A DNA stretch of 64,000 bases, taken from Candidatus Methylomirabilia bacterium (GTDB taxonomy: Bacteria; Methylomirabilota; Methylomirabilia; Rokubacteriales; CSP1-6). The DNA is taken from NCBI GenBank assembly GCA_046758385.1, contig JBHIAB010000001.1, positions 2,608 to 66,607 on the forward strand, in the 5' to 3' direction. The notes beneath the pieces were generated by a model. That model did not search any database, was not told where the DNA came from, and was given only the letters and a program-made list of their open reading frames with translations. Position numbers and translations under genes: made by a program. Of the stretch, positions 1 through 8,228 are shown piece by piece; position 1 is the first letter of the stretch; each line of letters begins with the position of its first letter.

Positions 1-881
1 GAGCCCGGGATGGTGGTGATCCGGTGGCCGAGAAGCCCGCCCGTGCAGGATTCGGCGAGGCCGAGCGTCAGGTGCCGCTGGGTGAGGAGCCGTCCGACCA
101 CCGCCTCCAGGTTTTCCCACTCGCGGCCGTAGCAATCGGCGCCCAGCGCCGCAGTGATCTCAGCCTCAGCCTCAGTTAGGGCCGCCTCCACGACGGATAG
201 CGAGGGGCCGCGTGCCCGAAGCCGGACCCAGACCTCACCCCCGACCGGCAGGCAATCAACGGCCACCGGGGCCTCGGGGCCGAGCCAGCCGCCGAGGCGC
301 TCCTCCACGGCGGCAAGATCGCACCCCACAGTCCGGAGCGCCCGAGCGAGCGTAACTCCCTTGTCGCCGAAGTGCTCGCGGGCGAACGGAACGAGGTGGA
401 ACCGCACGAGATCGGCCAGGGCCCCAGAACGTGGCGGGAGCACGGCCACGGCAGACTCACGAGCCCCGAGCACCCAGCCGGGCTCACCGTCTTCCACGGG
501 CCAGAGGGTGGCGCCTTGAGGGACCAGCGCTAGCCGGTCGAGCCGCCTGGGCCGCGGCCGATCCTGCCGGGCGTAGGCTGCCTCCAGCGCGGCAAGGAAC
601 CGTTCGTTGAGAACCAGGCGGGTTCCGGTAACGCGCGCGAGCACCCGGCGGACTACCTCGCCGGTTGAGTCGCCGCTAGCGCTCAGGATCACCACCAGCC
701 CGTAGCCCTCGGTCCCCGAGCGAAGCGCAGCCTCCAGGGCTGCCTCCTCGGCCTCCACCACGCCTCGAGACGCCACCGGAATCCCCTCGGCAGAGAGCGC
801 CAGAGCGACCCGATGCCCAGCCTCGTCCAAGGGCGCAATGACGGAGCCTGGGCTCACGGTGAGGATGAGGCTCCCGGTCAT
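1..881 (-). CDS. cinA: CinA-family protein (competence/damage-inducible protein A-like, PncC-type C-terminal domain); 3' end runs off the window start
   Basis: Not in ORF track (no stop inside window). Manual minus-strand translation from ATG 881..879 gives MTGSLILTVSPGSVIAPLDEAGHRVALALSAEGIPV... and reaches position 1 as ...LTLGLAESCTGGLLGHRITTIPGS. LAESCTGG is the CinA C-terminal domain hallmark. ATGA overlap with pgpA stop. Confidence 0.55.
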   Translation of the reverse strand, partial: MTGSLILTVSPGSVIAPLDEAGHRVALALSAEGIPVASRGVVEAEEAALEAALRSGTEGYGLVVILSASGDSTGEVVRRVLARVTGTRLVLNERFLAALEAAYARQDRPRPRRLDRLALVPQGATLWPVEDGEPGWVLGARESAVAVLPPRSGALADLVRFHLVPFAREHFGDKGVTLARALRTVGCDLAAVEERLGGWLGPEAPVAVDCLPVGGEVWVRLRARGPSLSVVEAALTEAEAEITAALGADCYGREWENLEAVVGRLLTQRHLTLGLAESCTGGLLGHRITTIPG

Positions 882-1399
882 GCGCTCCCCCCGACCAGCG
901 CGCGGAGCCCCCAGAGCAGCGCCAGGGTGTAGGCGCCGGCGATGAGATCGTCGAGCATGATACCAAGCCCCCCAGGCAACGACTCGCTCCGGCTGGCTGG
1001 AAACGGCTTCAGGATATCCAGGAGCCTGAAGAGGACGAAGGCCGACAGGAACAGGACGAGCTCACGTGGGAGCGCGATCACGGAGAGAAACATGCCGGCA
1101 ACCTCATCGACCACCACCAGGTTCGGATCCTTCCGGCCGAGCAGCCGCTCGGCGCGGCCCGAGGCCCACCCACCCAAGATGGTCAAGACGAGGAGAGCCA
1201 GAGCAAGCCCGAGTGGCGAGAACGGGACGATCCACAGGATCGCCAGAGCCAGGAGGCTTCCGGCGGTGCCCGGCACGACGGGCACATACCCCACGCCGCC
1301 CGCAGTGGCGATGAAGAGCGCCACCCGGTCTAGTGCCGTTCCAACTATTTGTGACGACTTTCGCGCTGCGCGCAGTCGCGATGGTTGTCGTAAACGCAA
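878..1399 (-). CDS. pgpA: phosphatidylglycerophosphatase A
   Basis: 173 aa; GGVGYVPVVPGTAGSL motif and multi-TM profile typical of PgpA. Confidence 0.7.
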   Translation of the reverse strand: MRLRQPSRLRAARKSSQIVGTALDRVALFIATAGGVGYVPVVPGTAGSLLALAILWIVPFSPLGLALALLVLTILGGWASGRAERLLGRKDPNLVVVDEVAGMFLSVIALPRELVLFLSAFVLFRLLDILKPFPASRSESLPGGLGIMLDDLIAGAYTLALLWGLRALVGGSA

Positions 1400-1434
1400 G
1401 CAGGTAACAGTCGGCCCAACAAGTTGGAACGGCG

Positions 1435-2781
1435 CTAGGAGGCCAATCGCTCAGCTCCGCCCCGAGATTCCGCCACACCGACGAGCTCGTATCCCTCCAC
1501 CTCCACGATCCTGATGCGCGCGAACCTGCCGGGGACCAGGTGCTGATCGCGAAGGTAGACGATCCCGTCTATCTCAGGTGCCTGGCCGGTCGTGCGCCCC
1601 TCCCAGGAAAAGGCCGGATCCTCGCTCGGTCCATCCACCAGCACGGTCTGAACGCTTCCGACGAGTGCCTGCTGCCGCTCCCACAGGATCCGGTCCTGGT
1701 ATTCCTGGACGAGGTGGGCTCGCTCAGCTATCACCTCGGGCGCCACCTGGTCGGCGATCCCGGCGGCAGGCGTCCCTTCTTCCGCGGAGTAGCTGAAGAC
1801 CCCGAGCCGGTCGAAGCGGACCCCCTCGATGAACTCCAGCAGATTCTGAAACGCTTCCTCGCTCTCCCCCGGGAACCCCACCAGCACCGTGGTCCGAAGT
1901 GTGACCCCGACAATGGCTTCGCGAACAGCCTGGACGAGCTCCCGCATGCGCCGAGCCGTGACGCCGCGGCGCATGGCGCTGAGGATCCCATCGTCGGCGT
2001 GCTGGATCGGCATGTCCACGTAGGGGACAAGCCGCGCTTGCCGCCACTTGGCCATGAGCCGATCGTTGATGTGAGCGGGGTGGAGATACATGGGGCGAAT
2101 CCATGCAATCGGTGTGTCCGAGAGCGCCAGCAGCAGATCTCCGATGTCCCCGTTGGCGGGGAGATCCTTGCCATAGGCGAGAGTGTCCTGGGACACCAGG
2201 ATCGCTTCCTGAACTCCTCGCCGCGCCAGCCCCTCCACCTCGTCCACGATGTCCGCCAGCGGGCGGCTCCGATGGCGTCCGCGAAACTGCGGGATCGCGC
2301 AGAACGCGCATTCCATGTCGCACCCTTCGGCAATCTTCACGTAGGCGTACGGGCCCGGCTGGCTGAGAAGACGCGGGGTCTGGGCGTCGTAGAGATAGCC
2401 TGGCGGGGCGTTGGTGGCCCAGTCCTGACGGCCCGCCTCCTGCCGAACCAGATCCACGATCCGCTCGAGCCCGGCGGTGCCCAAGATCCCGTCCACTTCA
2501 GGAATCTCCTCGAGGATCTCTCGCCCGTAGCGTTGCGGGAGGCAGCCGGTCACGATGAGCGAGCGCGCGCGGCCTCGGCCCTTGAGCCGGGCCAGCTCCA
2601 GGATGGTGCCGACCGACTCCTCCCGCGCGCGGTCAATGAAGGCGCAGGTGTTGACGATAAGGCAATCGGCCTCCGTCGCTCGGGCGACGGCGGCGAAGCC
2701 TGCCCGGTTCAGCATTCCGAGCATCAGCTCAGAATCGACTTGGTTCTTGGGACAACCGAGGGTGGTGAGGTGAATCTTCAT
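1435..2781 (-). CDS. rimO: ribosomal protein S12 methylthiotransferase RimO (radical SAM, MTTase N domain + TRAM)
   Basis: 448 aa. N-term KIHLTTLGCPKNQVDSE matches RimO LGCPKNxVDSE. Radical-SAM CxxxCxxC (CAFCAI). C-terminal TRAM-like segment (EGRTTGQAPEIDGIVY). Confidence 0.7.
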   Translation of the reverse strand: MKIHLTTLGCPKNQVDSELMLGMLNRAGFAAVARATEADCLIVNTCAFIDRAREESVGTILELARLKGRGRARSLIVTGCLPQRYGREILEEIPEVDGILGTAGLERIVDLVRQEAGRQDWATNAPPGYLYDAQTPRLLSQPGPYAYVKIAEGCDMECAFCAIPQFRGRHRSRPLADIVDEVEGLARRGVQEAILVSQDTLAYGKDLPANGDIGDLLLALSDTPIAWIRPMYLHPAHINDRLMAKWRQARLVPYVDMPIQHADDGILSAMRRGVTARRMRELVQAVREAIVGVTLRTTVLVGFPGESEEAFQNLLEFIEGVRFDRLGVFSYSAEEGTPAAGIADQVAPEVIAERAHLVQEYQDRILWERQQALVGSVQTVLVDGPSEDPAFSWEGRTTGQAPEIDGIVYLRDQHLVPGRFARIRIVEVEGYELVGVAESRGGAERLAS

Positions 2782-3063
2782 GGCGTCGAACGCCCTCAGC
2801 GGATGAGGACTGCCACGGGCTTCCCCCTGTCAATCACGACGACCCGCTCGCCCTTCCTGATCAGCGCCAGGTAGTGGGTGAGGCGGTTTTTTCAGCTCCC
2901 GAACCCCGATGATACGCATGTGGCCATTATAGCCACATGACCTTTACTATCAAGGCACCCGCTAAACAGGTTAGCCCGGAGTGCTGGTCGACGTTCCACC
3001 GCTCTGGGAGGCAGGCGAGTCTCCTCGGAGGCGTGAGGCGACTGTGCTGTGTCTGATGACTGT

Positions 3064-3828
3064 CTACTGGGCCATGAATCCCCCGTCGACGATCATCTCT
3101 GCTCCGGTCATGAACGACGACTCGTCGGAGGCCAGAAAGAGGGAGGCATACGCGATCTCGCGGGGATGGGCGATGCGGCCCAGGGGAATGGCAGCCTTGA
3201 ACTCCTCCCGGAGCGCTCGGGTGAGGTAGGGGGCCTGCATGGGCGTATCAACGATGCCGGGGTGGATGATGTTCGACCGGATGTTGTCCTTGGCGAACTG
3301 GATCGCGAGTGACTTGTTCAGGGAGATCAACGCGCCCTTGGCGGCGGTGTAGGCGTCCTGAGCCCGGGTGAAGCCGGCCAGGGCCGAGACCGATCCGACG
3401 AGGATGATGGAGCCCCCGCCGGCCTTCTTGAGGTGAGGGATCCCGTACTTGGTCACCCAGAACGCGGACTTCAGGTTGATGCCCATCACCCGGTCCCAGG
3501 CCGCCTCGTCGGTTTCGAGAACTGAGCGGTCGCGGTCTTTCCAGAGCACGCCGGCATTGTTGTAGAGAACATGGAGGGATCGAAAGGCTTGCACGCCTTC
3601 CTCGACCATCCGCTTGACGTCCTCCTCCACTGCCACATCTCCGACCGCGGCCACCGCCTCGCCGCCCGCCCGCTTCACCAGCTCCACGGTCTCATTGGCC
3701 GCGTCCCGGTTGATGTCAGCCACCACCATCCGCGCCCCGTGCTCGGCGAAGAGGAGCGAGGCTTCACGCCCCATTCCCATCCCCGAGCCCGTGATCAGCG
3801 CCACTCTACCCTGAAGCCTTGCCATCAC
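3064..3828 (-). CDS. SDR-family NAD(P)-dependent oxidoreductase
   Basis: 254 aa. TGSGMGMG glycine-rich dinucleotide motif, NNAG, catalytic YxxxK (YTAAK). Confidence 0.75.
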   Translation of the reverse strand: MMARLQGRVALITGSGMGMGREASLLFAEHGARMVVADINRDAANETVELVKRAGGEAVAAVGDVAVEEDVKRMVEEGVQAFRSLHVLYNNAGVLWKDRDRSVLETDEAAWDRVMGINLKSAFWVTKYGIPHLKKAGGGSIILVGSVSALAGFTRAQDAYTAAKGALISLNKSLAIQFAKDNIRSNIIHPGIVDTPMQAPYLTRALREEFKAAIPLGRIAHPREIAYASLFLASDESSFMTGAEMIVDGGFMAQ

Positions 3829-3887
3829 ACCTCTGCGGAGCGACCCGGCGCATCAGTAAGCTCCTTAAATTCGCTCGAAGTTCCGAA

Positions 3888-4217
3888 TCAGCGCTTGTAG
3901 GCGTTCACCGTGGGTGCGTTGAAGTACGCGAACTCGCGTCCCATGGCCACCTGACCCGCGAGCCACTGCTGATGGTGATGGAGCACCCCTGCTGGGCGGA
4001 GCACCCAGCGCGGCGCCTCCTCGATGGGATCTCCCTCCTCGGTGTAGACGTCGCAGAAGACAAGGGCAGTCTTGGGGAGCCAGGGAATCAGGCGGAGCGT
4101 CGAGAGGTCGGGTGAAATCCGCTTGGAACTCGCCGCTCCGAACACACTCCTTGTTGAACGCCCCGAGAGTATGGGCGTGGCTTGAGAACGACAGACCACA
4201 GGATTTTTGGCTGGCAT
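3888..4217 (-). pseudogene. glutamine synthetase remnant (N-terminal beta-grasp domain only, ~109 aa)
   Basis: FGAASSKRISPDLSTLRLIPWLPKTALVFCDVYTEEGDPIEEAPRWVLRPA...GREFAYF matches the GS N-domain pattern (FDGSSI..SDM.L.PD...DPW...lvfCDV...PR.iL; GpEpEFFlF). It ends with NAYKR (cf. GS NSYKRL) then stop. Far too short for a functional GS (~450-470 aa). Confidence 0.4.
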
Positions 4218-4261
4218 GACACAACGAAGTGTACCAGAAGTGCCGCACTTCCAACGAGCCG

Positions 4262-4759
4262 CTAGGTCGAGCGGTAGTTGCCGAACTGGAGCGCGATCCC
4301 CAGGTCCCTCTCCCGAAGCTTGGCAATGACGGCCTGAAGGTCGTCCCGGCTCTTGGCCGTGACGCGCACCTGATCCTGCTGGATCTGAGCCTGCACCCTG
4401 AGCTTCGTATCCTTGATGAGCTTGACGATCTCCCTGGCCTTCTCCCCCGGAATGCCCTGCTGCAGGCCGATCCTCTGGCGGAGGGCCCCGCCAGCCGCGG
4501 CTTCCACTGCTCCGTAGTCCAGGGCCTTGAGCGGGACACCCCGGCGGTGAAGCCGGGACTGGAGGATGTCCACCACGGCCCTGAGCTTCATGTCGTCGTC
4601 GGCCAACACGGTGAGGGCAGTCTTCTCAACCGTGACCTGGCAGCGTGAGCCTTTGAGATCGTAGCGCTGCTGGATTTCCTTGGTGGTCTGGTTGACCGCG
4701 TTGGTCACTTCCTGCATCTCCACCTTGCAGTACACGTCGAAGGAGTTCTCGGCTGCCAC
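4262..4759 (-). CDS. yajQ: YajQ-family cyclic-di-GMP-binding protein (UPF0234)
   Basis: 165 aa. [31 protein letters not shown] matches the YajQ N-terminus. GTG start. Confidence 0.75.
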   Translation of the reverse strand: MAAENSFDVYCKVEMQEVTNAVNQTTKEIQQRYDLKGSRCQVTVEKTALTVLADDDMKLRAVVDILQSRLHRRGVPLKALDYGAVEAAAGGALRQRIGLQQGIPGEKAREIVKLIKDTKLRVQAQIQQDQVRVTAKSRDDLQAVIAKLRERDLGIALQFGNYRST

Positions 4760-4761
4760 GC

Positions 4762-4908
4762 TTACTTCACACCAAATAACTTCTGATCACGCGAATCAAG
4801 CATGATCTGTTCGATTACGTCCGGCTTCAACGCCTTTCGCTCAATCTTGTTGCGGATCCTATCGCGATACACCTCCAGGATCCTGTCCTCGTCGAACTTG
4901 TTCCTCAT
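4762..4908 (-). CDS. hypothetical small protein (48 aa), first gene of lower-GC island
   Basis: Manual translation [48 protein letters not shown]. No strong RBS. Below ORF-track length cutoff. Confidence 0.2.
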   Translation of the reverse strand: MRNKFDEDRILEVYRDRIRNKIERKALKPDVIEQIMLDSRDQKLFGVK

Positions 4909-5020
4909 CCGCAAAATGGACGCAAGAGTACGCGAAACTGAAACCCGGTACCGCTACGTCCTTTGACCCTTGTACAGACTGAAAAGGTACACCACGTCTT
5001 CGTCTCTGATCGGATCAGCC

Positions 5021-5257
5021 TTAAGGTATCGGTACGAAAAGGGTCCCCTCCTCGTCTGAAGAGTGTCGGTACCGCCAAACGGTCTTTCTTGGACGTATTT
5101 CGGGAGTCGGGATCTGGCCGAGCCAGGCCGTCGCCGAGTGTTCGCTCGGATATCTCTGGACCGACACGCCAAGAACCTTCAACTTTGGACAGGCAGACAT
5201 CCTCCCATATATGAACGCTTTCACGTCCTCCTCGCTCATACTGACGAGTCGACTCAT
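5021..5257 (-). CDS. hypothetical protein (low-GC island)
   Basis: 78-aa ORF immediately downstream of 5262..5483 on the same strand. Competing ORFs on the other strand. No recognisable domain. Confidence 0.2.
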   Translation of the reverse strand: MSRLVSMSEEDVKAFIYGRMSACPKLKVLGVSVQRYPSEHSATAWLGQIPTPEIRPRKTVWRYRHSSDEEGTLFVPIP

Positions 5258-5261
5258 TGCT

Positions 5262-5483
5262 TCACTTCTCTCTCAAGCGCCTTTGGAACAGCCGAATAAG
5301 CTCCTCAGCACGCCGAATGCTTTCCCTAATAATACTCTCGAAGTTCCTAGGATCATACGGGGTCTGGGGGCTTGGTACGGCGTACGGGGAATAGTCAGCT
5401 TCGTCCCTGAGATTGCGTAGCTCTTTCAGCGCATTCCCTGCCCCATGTTCTGCTCGTACTAGCTGGTCTATCTCCCTGGTCAA
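5262..5483 (-). CDS. hypothetical protein (low-GC island)
   Basis: 73-aa ORF, charged/helical (…RRAEELIRLFQRRLREK). No recognisable domain. Confidence 0.25.
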   Translation of the reverse strand: MTREIDQLVRAEHGAGNALKELRNLRDEADYSPYAVPSPQTPYDPRNFESIIRESIRRAEELIRLFQRRLREK

Positions 5484-5597
5484 CGCGCCGTGATTATCCT
5501 GATCCTAGCGCTTGATAGTGGGCTATTTTGAATCACTTGTGCCATAATACTGGCACGGCGCTATATTTAGGAGCCCCGTAGACGCATCACTTTCCAG

Positions 5598-5626
5598 TTG
5601 ACGTGACCTGATGCGTCCTCTACACT
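5598..5626 (+). promoter_or_regulatory. sigma-70-like promoter (TTGACG-17-TACACT) flanked by paired palindromes, upstream of 5652 gene
   Basis: -35 TTGACG 5598-5603, 17-nt spacer, -10 TACACT 5621-5626. RBS AAGGAGG 5635-5641, 10 nt before ATG 5652. Inverted repeats GACGCATCA(5581-5589)/TGATGCGTC(5609-5617) and CGCATCA(5627-5633)/TGATGCG(5642-5648). Confidence 0.4.
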
Positions 5627-5651
5627 CGCATCATAAGGAGGTGATGCGAGC

Positions 5652-6077
5652 ATGGTTAGGGCGACAGAAGGGGAGCGAGAAATCCTGCGCCAAGCCGCTG
5701 AGGGCGCGGCGGCCATCTTGCCCAAGCTAGAGCAGGATCGGGCCGATCTCGATGACCGGATCGCCTCTCTCAGGGCCGCGATAGCGGCTTGGGAGGCTAT
5801 CTCGGGGAAACGACCGAGGAAGTCGCCTACCCCTGCCTCGGCTGAATCAGCTGAAGCGATACCCTCTCATCCGATCAAGCGCGGACAGGTTGCCCAGCAC
5901 ATTGACGCCATCCTAAAAGCGGGTGGTGACTACGACGAACCGGACCTGAGAAAAGCGATCTTTGACAGGTTCAATGTGGTCTATGGGCGCCCCACGATCT
6001 ACTCGGCATTGCGTCGAGGCCGCAAGATCGGGAGATATGAACAAAAAGAGAAGCGCTGGAGGATGAAGGTTGCGTGA
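5652..6077 (+). CDS. hypothetical protein (141 aa), island-borne
   Basis: Strong RBS and promoter upstream. N-terminal coiled-coil-like segment; C-terminal basic region. No recognisable domain. Confidence 0.5.
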   Translation: MVRATEGEREILRQAAEGAAAILPKLEQDRADLDDRIASLRAAIAAWEAISGKRPRKSPTPASAESAEAIPSHPIKRGQVAQHIDAILKAGGDYDEPDLRKAIFDRFNVVYGRPTIYSALRRGRKIGRYEQKEKRWRMKVA

Positions 6078-6120
6078 ACAACAAGAGGCCGTGATCGGCT
6101 TTTCCAGATCACGGCCCCCG

Positions 6121-6207
6121 TGCCCCCGTAGCTCAGCAGCAGGCTCAGCCATAGAGCACCCGCCTACTGAGCGGAAGGTCGCGCGTTCGAGGCCCGCCGG
6201 GGGCACC
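6121..6207 (+). tRNA. tRNA-like element (probable pseudo-tRNA on a tRNA-Arg(ACG)-like scaffold; anticodon loop CUACUGA = ACU; aberrant 19-nt D-loop; encoded CCA)
   Basis: Acceptor stem GCCCCCG/CGGGGGC, discriminator A + CCA. T-arm GCGCG-TTCGAGG-CCCGC. AGGTC variable loop. Anticodon stem CCCGC/GCGGA. The D-loop carries a ~10-12 nt internal duplication (GCTCAGCAG|GCTCAGCC). Confidence 0.4.
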
Positions 6208-6354
6208 AATTTCAACGGGGTATCCGGTGCGTCAACACCGAACACCCCCAACCCCGACACACCCCGCAGAGAGGAGTCGGGATTGGGGCCGCTAAGCCTC
6301 ACTTTTTTATCACTCTTGCGTGGGTGCTTGTCAAGGGTAAAGGCAAGGCCCACC

Positions 6355-7167
6355 ATGAACGTCCTGAACCCCGAAAGGAAGCTGGCTATTCTCTCCGCAT
6401 TGGTAGAAGGCAACTCCATGCGCTCTATTTCCCGCATGACCGGTGTCCACAAAACAACCATCTTGCGCTTGCTCAAGGAAGTGGGCGATAACTGTGTCAG
6501 GATTCTCGATGAGCGGATGCGCAGCCTGACCTGCCGCGTCATCGAGGGTGACGAGGTCTGGAGTTTCGTCAAAAAGAAGCAGCGGCGGCTGACCGCCGAG
6601 GAAAAGCTGAATCCCGAGTTTGGCGACCAGTACGCCTATATCGCCTTGGACCCGGACACGAAGCTCGTCCCGGTGTTCGTCGTCGGCAAGCGGGACGGTG
6701 CGACCACGTTCCGCTTCGTCCAGCAGCTTCGGCATCGGCTCGCCAATCGCATTCAGATAAGTACCGACGCCTTCCGCCCCTATGTGGAGGCCGTGGAGAG
6801 CGCCTTTGGGGCGGACATCGAATACGCGCAGTTGACCAAGGTCTACGAGGCCGAGAACCCAGGCCCTGGGTGCTATAGTCCGCCCAAAGTCACTGGCGTC
6901 CAGGTTACAGAGATCGCCGGCCGACCGGAGCCGAAGAAGACCTGCACGTCCTACGTCGAGCGGAACAACCTCACCATCCGCATGCAGCTTCGGCGCTTCA
7001 CGCGACTGACCAATGGGTTTAGCAAGAAGCTGGAGAACCTGAAGGCAGCTCTCGCTATTCACTTCGCTCATTACAACTTCTGCCGGATTCACGGCTCGCT
7101 CCGCGTGACCCCGGCGATGCCGCCAGGAGTCACGGACCGCATCTGGAAGTTGGAGGAACTGCTATGA
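6355..7167 (+). CDS. IS1-family transposase, single fused ORF (InsA-like HTH + InsB-like catalytic domain)
   Basis: 270 aa. HTH [23 protein letters not shown] resembles IS1 InsA. Catalytic part aligns to E. coli IS1 InsB blocks ([13 protein letters not shown] ~ DEQWGYVGAKSRQRW; YAYIALD...[11 protein letters not shown] ~ [48 protein letters not shown] ~ [33 protein letters not shown] ~ GHYLNIKHY). Terminal inverted repeats not located. Confidence 0.7.
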   Translation: [270 protein letters not shown]

Positions 7168-8228
7168 GGGCGCAGAAGGAGCGCAAGCTTGACGGCACTC
7201 CCAAGCTGGGCGAGAAACTCCGTATCGGCGGCACGATTGTTCATTTTGGTCGTGCTGAGCGCTTGTATCCGCACTGGCCGATCCCGACCTGTATCATTGT
7301 CGATGGACCATACGGGATCAGCGGATTCCCCGGTGACCCGCCCAGTCATCGGGACTTGCCCGACTGGTATGCCCCTCATGTCGCCGCGTGGTCACGGTAC
7401 TCCATGCCACAAACGACCTTATGGTTCTGGGGCACGGAAATCGGCTGGGCGGTTGTTCATCCGCTGCTAGATCGACATGGCTGGGAATATCGCTCGTGCC
7501 ATATCTGGGACAAAGGACTGACCCACATCGCCGGGAACGCCAACTCCCTCACGCTTCGTAAGTTCCCCGTCGTGACCGAAGTCTGCGTCCAATACGTCAA
7601 GGCGGCCCGCTTCTCCGTGAACGGTCGACAGCTGTCAATGCAAGAGTGGCTTCGATACGAATGGGAAAGATCCGGCTTGCCATTGACGCTCACTAATAAA
7701 GCGTGTGGAGTCTTAAACGCGGCGACCCGGAAATACTTCACCAAGTGCCACCTTTGGTACTATCCCCCCGTCGATGCGTTTGTTCGCTTCGTTAAATACG
7801 CCAACAAGCATGGCCGGCCTGAAGGGCGCCCCTACTTCAGCGTGGATGGGACGCGGCCCCTATCGGGCGAAGAATGGGCGAAGATGCGCGCAAAGTTTCA
7901 CTGCGAGGTCGGCGTCAACAATATCTGGCGCGAATCACCTGTCCGTGGCGAAGAGCGGATTAATGGATTCAGGTCGAGCATGCAGTGGAAGTATGCGAGT
8001 CTCCACGGGAGCCAAAAGCCGTTGCGCCTGATCGAGTTAATCGTGCGGGCCAGCACCGATCCCGGAGACGCAGTGTGGGACCCGTTCGGCGGCCTTTGTA
8101 CGACGGCCGTTGCTTGTCTCAGAGCGGGCCGCCGTTGCTTCAGCGCCGAGATCGTTCCCGAGTTCTACCTCGCCGCCAAAGAAAGGGTGGCCGCGTATGG
8201 CAAGGCCGTCAAAACCAGGACGCGTTGA
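7164..8228 (+). CDS. DNA methyltransferase, beta-class N6-adenine/N4-cytosine (PF01555-type; motif IV before motif I)
   Basis: 354 aa. Motif IV variant IIVDGPYG near the N-terminus. Motif I region ELIVRASTDPGDAVWDPFGGLCTTAVACLRAGRRCFSAEI near the C-terminus. Start overlaps transposase stop (ctATGAgg). Confidence 0.7.
   Translation: MRAQKERKLDGTPKLGEKLRIGGTIVHFGRAERLYPHWPIPTCIIVDGPYGISGFPGDPPSHRDLPDWYAPHVAAWSRYSMPQTTLWFWGTEIGWAVVHPLLDRHGWEYRSCHIWDKGLTHIAGNANSLTLRKFPVVTEVCVQYVKAARFSVNGRQLSMQEWLRYEWERSGLPLTLTNKACGVLNAATRKYFTKCHLWYYPPVDAFVRFVKYANKHGRPEGRPYFSVDGTRPLSGEEWAKMRAKFHCEVGVNNIWRESPVRGEERINGFRSSMQWKYASLHGSQKPLRLIELIVRASTDPGDAVWDPFGGLCTTAVACLRAGRRCFSAEIVPEFYLAAKERVAAYGKAVKTRTR

Noticed and set aside
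1540-2874. 444-aa plus-strand ORF (and nested 72-200 aa ORFs) antisense to rimO
   Set aside because: Mirror-strand artefact typical of high-GC DNA. No motifs. The minus-strand RimO is unambiguous.
2820-2910. Phd/YefM-like peptide ...RVVVIDRGKPVAVLIR* read from the rimO 5' leader
   Set aside because: Frame opens after a stop with no ATG, and only ~29 codons. The protein would terminate at the motif, unlike real antitoxins. Probably chance.
3865-4539. 224-aa minus-strand ORF overlapping both the GS remnant and yajQ
   Set aside because: Arg/Ser-rich, overlaps two better-supported genes in other frames.
6070-6354. Upstream extension of the transposase ORF spanning the tRNA-like element
   Set aside because: Read-through of non-coding DNA. 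The IS1 InsA-like HTH begins right after ATG 6355, which has an upstream AAGG.
8110-8196. Track start of ORF 8110-8514 inside the MTase gene
   Set aside because: Overlaps the MTase C-terminus out of frame. ATG at 8197 just before the MTase stop is the sensible start of the endonuclease-like gene.
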